Source: a virus | Taxonomy: Duplodnaviria; Caudoviricetes | Virus record (IMG/VR): IMGVR_UViG_3300025422_000007 | Span: 1 to 30,637 of that record | Strand: one strand, 5' to 3' | DNA: 30,637 nt | In this document: piece by piece, positions 26,610 to 30,637 of the stretch | Numbering within the stretch: position 1 is the first letter of the stretch | Layout of the letters: the number at the start of each line of letters is the position of its first letter | The notes under the pieces: model-generated | The model's database searches: none | The model's input: the letters and a program-made list of their open reading frames with translations, nothing else | Told to the model about the DNA's origin: nothing | Position numbers and translations under genes: made by a program

Positions 26610-29600
26610 ATGGGCGACCCGAACACACGGCTGGGAGCCGACCGCATCACTTCCCACACTCAGTCCGGCAGGGCTCCGTGGGAAGAGATGCTGGGCAAGT
26701 ACCCGGCTACCCCGGCTGCTCGATCCATCCAGGCCGCCAGTGCGGTACAGGGCATGGCCGGATCGTGGGCAGGGTCTTGGACCCTTCAGCCCACGGGGAT
26801 CATGAACGACACCATGGCGGAGGCTCCGGCCCCGCTTCAGGTGATTCCGAACCAGCTTGGGCGTATGGGCCTGCCCGAGATCAACTTCGTGCCCTACTCG
26901 GCGAACACGAACCGGATCGGCAACAAGGGAGCCTCCCTGGTTGGGTGCCCCATCTCCTACAGTGTGATCGGACCCACCATCAAGAACCGCCGGACGATCT
27001 GGCAGTGGCTGGTGGAGAACAACAAGGCGGTCACCGACCCGGACGTTCTGACCCTCGATACCGTGGCCGCCATCGACGTGAGTGGCGTAGGCACCCCAGG
27101 CTTGGCCTCCTTCGATCCTCTCACGAGGGGCATCCAGGAACTGTACGGTATCGATCCCGCTACGTGGGAGGACGACTACCCTGGCGGCCTCTACGTGATC
27201 GTGTCTATGACAGGCACGGAGGGGGCCCTTGGCGGCACCTTTGCGGCTGCGGGCGGCGTCGGTGACGGGTTCATCAACACGGTAGGCGGTGGCGAAGCCT
27301 GTGCGCCCCTGGAAGTGCTTTCCCCCTACGAGATCTTCAGGATCGCCGCGTTCGACGATGCCTCCATCATATTGGATCAGGGCAAGCAACTGTCCGACTA
27401 CTTCAGCATCCCTGTCCTGCCGGACCTGGCCGTCATCAGGTCCATCACCATCGTGACCCCGGCGGCCTCCCGTTGCGTGGTCCTGCCGGGGTCCGAGGAT
27501 AAGACCTTCGCTATCCTGCCGCCCGCACGGGCGCTGGGGTCCGATCAGCAGTACCCGAGGGACGACTTCACGGGCGGCACCTGGGTTGAGGAGTTGACCA
27601 GTTGGTCGAATGCGATGGGGCCGAACGTCTATGACGAGGGCCCCTTGCTTCCTGTCCCCAAGCCCATCACCTTCATGAACGGCAAGTTGGATGGTGGTGG
27701 TGGTGTAGGTCCCTCCCTCACGGTCTTCATCGCCGGGACCATGAACATCTACATTGAGGACACTGACCACACGGATTACACAGGGAAGATCTTCTGTATC
27801 CGAGGGGCCACTGTCAAAGGCAACGCTGAACTCGTCCACGACCCCGTCACAGGATTCCAGGCGGGGTTGGGGTCGCTGCTGGGCTACTACGAGGTGCTTT
27901 TCCAGCCTGGAGCCAGCGGAGACTGGAGGGGTTGGGCGCTCCGCAGGATCGATGAGGCTGACCCCGTAACCGGGCGTTCCCTCTTCGGGTGCGACCGAAT
28001 GTTCGAACTTCAGACACCCACGGTTGCCGGGGATGAGATCTTCCTGGATGTGAGCATCCACGAGCCTGTTTCGTCTATCTGGATGAGCGCAGCCTTCGAT
28101 TATGACGCCGTGGATTCGGCCCGAATCAAGAACCTGCTCGACCCTCGGTGGATTGAGCGGAGCACCAAGACGATTGACGGGTGGCCCGGTACGTTCCCGA
28201 ACAAGGCCGAGAAGGCTGTGTTCGATACGGCTACCAACGGCCCCCACAACAGCGTCAATCCGGGCAACCTCTATGACATGGGCTTCAAGGTCGTGCTCTA
28301 CGCGGCGGAGATCGACGGTAACGGCAACATCGCCCCGAAGTGGTCCCACCCTGTAGCAGCCAACGACATGGTCCTGGGTGATGGCACCGACGGTGAGTCC
28401 TTCGTTGAGGTGGACTACGCTAACGGCCTGATCAGGCTGTCTGAGAGCCCCGAAAATTCAGATTCGCCCTTGCAGATGGGCACTGGCGTAGACGTTCACG
28501 CTGACAACCCCCGAGGGGAGTTCATCATCTTCGCCTGCTGCGTGCCCTACACGCTTGAGGCGGGCCAGACGGGCACAGGGAGCAGGGTTACAGGTTCCTA
28601 CAGTTCCTCGGTGTCTGGGGCGTGTGCAAGTGGCAGTGGCGTTGCGGGGTCACCGGACTTCGCTGACGTGTATGGTGGCCGGACGATGATCCCCTTGGAG
28701 GACGGCCCCAACATCCAGTCGTGGTACGACGGGGGTACGGCCAGCGCCATCACCCTGGAGGGCTACCATGCGGCGGACATCCCGCAGGCCGGGTTCGTTG
28801 AGATCCTTCAGGGGGAAACACCCTTCGGAACTCCGAACTTCGCCGACGAGGATGTGCGTGCGGCGACCTGGGGCTACTTCGGGACAAGGGAGCGTCTTTC
28901 GGGCGGTACGGACCCGGTAACGGACCTCCTCAACCCCTTCGGTGGCGGTGTCTACGGGGTGAGCAGCTTCCTGGCGTCGGGCCACAAGGCCATCCTGCGT
29001 CGTCACACAAGCCCTGCTTGGGGTGCGACGGGCACGATGCTCACGGACTACCAGTACGACACCACCTACGGGCAGGCCGCCCGTGGGAGTACCCTTCGTT
29101 TTGACGGTGCCGAGGTTGTCCACAACCTCGACGGTTCCGTCACGGTGCGGATGCGGGATACGGGGGTGCAGGACAACGTCGACAACTTCGGGGACCTCTT
29201 CTCCTCGTGGATTCTGGAAGGTGGAGTCCCGACGTTCACGGTTGCTGGGCTGAATGTGCGGGCAACCTACACAGAGATGACTGTTCTGGTTCGGGGTCAG
29301 CGTTTCACGATCCCGCCCGGGTACGTCCAGTTCGCTCCTCCGGCAGCGCCCTACGCCAAGTACCTGTACGTCGATACGTCCGCCGCCTGCCCCACGATGG
29401 CGATGTCGGACACGCTCCCGCTGACCACGGGTGACTACAGCAAGGATCACATCCTCATCTCCAAGTGCTACGACTTGGGGGCAGGGCCGTTGGTCCATGA
29501 TCTCCGGTATCCGCTGGTGGACGTGGATCAGCGGGTCGACATCTACGTCGGGCAGACGGAGAACATGGAGGCGGACACCCCGCACTTCACCTCCCTCGCC

Positions 29601-30637
29601 GACGCTGTGGCCTATGCCAGTGAGATCCAGAACCCGGACGCAGGGAACCCAGGCCGTCGGGTTCACATCAAGGTCGTAGGGTACACGGACGAGGCGGACG
29701 CCAACCTGCCGATCCAGATCAAGAGTGACGGGATCATCATCACGGGCAGCCCGCAGTTGATGCAGTCTACTGAGAAGATGGAAGTCCGGTGGGACTCGGT
29801 CGACAAGGCGCTCATCGACTTCAACGGCCACCACGACACCCTCATCCAGAATGTCCCCTTCCGCAGCACATTGGACGAAGTGACCTATCCTCCAGGTAGC
29901 CCTGGACGTGACAGAGCTACCGCTGACCGTGTGCTCTTCATCAACACGGGTGCCACCTGTGAACGGGTGCATGTAAAGAACTGCCGCCTGAGAGGGCCCT
30001 CACAGGGCTTCTTGGCGGTCGTATCGGCCACTCACGGGGACGGCAGCTTCGAGGAGAGTCGGTTCGAGGACAACAACGCCATCGGGGTTCTCGACTTCGG
30101 GTTCTACGTGACGGTGGGCAGTGTCGCCATTGGCGGCAATAACGTGTTTGCCCACAACTACATCGAACAAGATGGGGCGAACCCGGGGGCCATGCAGGCT
30201 CTGAGTGAGGGTGGGGGTATCTGGTTTACCCGTGCAGGAATCGGGGCCAGTGCGTTCAACCACATCACACACAACTACATGGTCGGTTTCTACCAGGGCA
30301 TCTGTCTGGACTCCATCTACGGTCTGGTGGATTTCAATATCGTGGGGTCCACCCAAGGGCGGGGCTACCTCATCGACGGTTCCGCCACGGTCAGCAACAA
30401 TGCGGGCATCAACGTCCACATCGCTGTGGGGGCACCCCGTAAAGAAGCGATGTCCTGCACGAACTTTACGGGGACCGTTCAGAACAATGATCTCGCACTA
30501 GCTTCGGCGGTTGCCGGGGACTTGGAGTTGTACGTTCAGAGCACCTACACCAAGGTGGCTGTCCGGGATAACTACGCTCTCCGCACAGAAGTTGATGGCC
30601 CAAGCATGCTCGTGGAAGGGCACTATGCTGAAGACCT
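26610..30637 (+). CDS. Giant (at least 1342 aa, 3'-truncated) tailspike-like protein with a right-handed parallel beta-helix (putative depolymerase or adhesin); absent from the ORF track
   Basis: ATG at 26610 after AGGAGG. It reads MGDPNTRLGADRITSHTQ... and is still open at the window end (...PSMLVEGHYAED). From about 29540 it reads DIYVG...HFTSLADAVAYA...VHIKVVG, then Asn-ladder rungs (VHVKNCRL, RFEDNNAI, VFAHNYI, HITHNYM, TVSNN). Confidence 0.85.
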   Translation, partial: MGDPNTRLGADRITSHTQSGRAPWEEMLGKYPATPAARSIQAASAVQGMAGSWAGSWTLQPTGIMNDTMAEAPAPLQVIPNQLGRMGLPEINFVPYSANTNRIGNKGASLVGCPISYSVIGPTIKNRRTIWQWLVENNKAVTDPDVLTLDTVAAIDVSGVGTPGLASFDPLTRGIQELYGIDPATWEDDYPGGLYVIVSMTGTEGALGGTFAAAGGVGDGFINTVGGGEACAPLEVLSPYEIFRIAAFDDASIILDQGKQLSDYFSIPVLPDLAVIRSITIVTPAASRCVVLPGSEDKTFAILPPARALGSDQQYPRDDFTGGTWVEELTSWSNAMGPNVYDEGPLLPVPKPITFMNGKLDGGGGVGPSLTVFIAGTMNIYIEDTDHTDYTGKIFCIRGATVKGNAELVHDPVTGFQAGLGSLLGYYEVLFQPGASGDWRGWALRRIDEADPVTGRSLFGCDRMFELQTPTVAGDEIFLDVSIHEPVSSIWMSAAFDYDAVDSARIKNLLDPRWIERSTKTIDGWPGTFPNKAEKAVFDTATNGPHNSVNPGNLYDMGFKVVLYAAEIDGNGNIAPKWSHPVAANDMVLGDGTDGESFVEVDYANGLIRLSESPENSDSPLQMGTGVDVHADNPRGEFIIFACCVPYTLEAGQTGTGSRVTGSYSSSVSGACASGSGVAGSPDFADVYGGRTMIPLEDGPNIQSWYDGGTASAITLEGYHAADIPQAGFVEILQGETPFGTPNFADEDVRAATWGYFGTRERLSGGTDPVTDLLNPFGGGVYGVSSFLASGHKAILRRHTSPAWGATGTMLTDYQYDTTYGQAARGSTLRFDGAEVVHNLDGSVTVRMRDTGVQDNVDNFGDLFSSWILEGGVPTFTVAGLNVRATYTEMTVLVRGQRFTIPPGYVQFAPPAAPYAKYLYVDTSAACPTMAMSDTLPLTTGDYSKDHILISKCYDLGAGPLVHDLRYPLVDVDQRVDIYVGQTENMEADTPHFTSLADAVAYASEIQNPDAGNPGRRVHIKVVGYTDEADANLPIQIKSDGIIITGSPQLMQSTEKMEVRWDSVDKALIDFNGHHDTLIQNVPFRSTLDEVTYPPGSPGRDRATADRVLFINTGATCERVHVKNCRLRGPSQGFLAVVSATHGDGSFEESRFEDNNAIGVLDFGFYVTVGSVAIGGNNVFAHNYIEQDGANPGAMQALSEGGGIWFTRAGIGASAFNHITHNYMVGFYQGICLDSIYGLVDFNIVGSTQGRGYLIDGSATVSNNAGINVHIAVGAPRKEAMSCTNFTGTVQNNDLALASAVAGDLELYVQSTYTKVAVRDNYALRTEVDGPSMLVEGHYAED

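Larger units (their letters stand above)
1..30637 (+). mobile_element. Baseplate/tail-fibre structural gene module of a large contractile-tailed phage (a prophage or eCIS-like locus is not formally excluded)
   Basis: 13 contiguous + strand genes with overlapping or very short junctions. Gene order is gp25-like, baseplate J-like, gpI/gp48-like, then fibre and spike genes. There are no housekeeping genes and several proteins exceed 1100 aa. Confidence 0.85.

Noticed and set aside
5952-29972. Long minus-strand ORFs (e.g. 5952-7505, 7602-9056, 13932-16028, 20067-21842, 26376-28349, 28650-29972)
   Set aside because: They lie antisense to well-supported + strand genes and have the Arg/Gly/Val/His-rich composition of shadow frames produced by high GC3. 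They carry no recognisable motifs.
114-30501. Short alternative-frame + strand ORFs inside the main genes
   Set aside because: They are Arg/Pro/Ser/Thr-rich off-frame translations typical of GC-rich DNA, with no supporting evidence of independent expression.
1-30637. Genome-wide stop-codon reassignment (TAG or TGA), as in some large phages
   Set aside because: Standard code 11 already gives near-complete coding density with ORFs up to 1810 aa. All three stops end genes at sensible points followed by an RBS or overlap, and the TAG at 19115-19117 is not in frame with the next gene.
1-30637. Haloarchaeal virus origin suggested by high GC, acidic proteins and TATA-like elements
   Set aside because: Most genes have strong GGAGG Shine-Dalgarno sites, the CCTATA element lacks an AT-rich TATA box and BRE, and acidic composition is common in tail proteins. 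The host cannot be assigned from this window.

Overview
The window is a GC-rich (roughly 63% by eye), fully co-oriented (+ strand), almost gap-free run of 13 genes. It reads as the baseplate and tail-fibre module of a large contractile-tailed (myovirus-type, probably jumbo) phage. Recognisable by motif are a gp25/GPW-like wedge protein, an oversized baseplate-J-like protein, a gpI/gp48-like wedge protein, a stand-alone tail-collar (P2 gpH N-terminal-like) protein and a DUF6519/DUF4815-like fibre base. There are also two beta-helix tailspike-like proteins and further giant structural proteins. The first and last genes run off the window, and the last one (26610 to the end, at least 1342 aa) is missing from the supplied ORF track. 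No RNA genes, CRISPR arrays, transposases or clear terminators were seen. Four signals go beyond the gene list. (1) A bipartite motif, SCTATR-N11-WWRRG, sits in all four long intergenic gaps and is a candidate phage late promoter. (2) Specific palindromes are strongly avoided (CGCG, SAGCTS, CGATCG, TCCGGA, CTCGAG, CTGCAG). (3) A Ser-Val-Gly motif is inserted repeatedly in loops of several virion proteins. (4) Core baseplate proteins show extensive domain accretion. All family calls come from remembered motifs and all counts are by eye; no searches were run.
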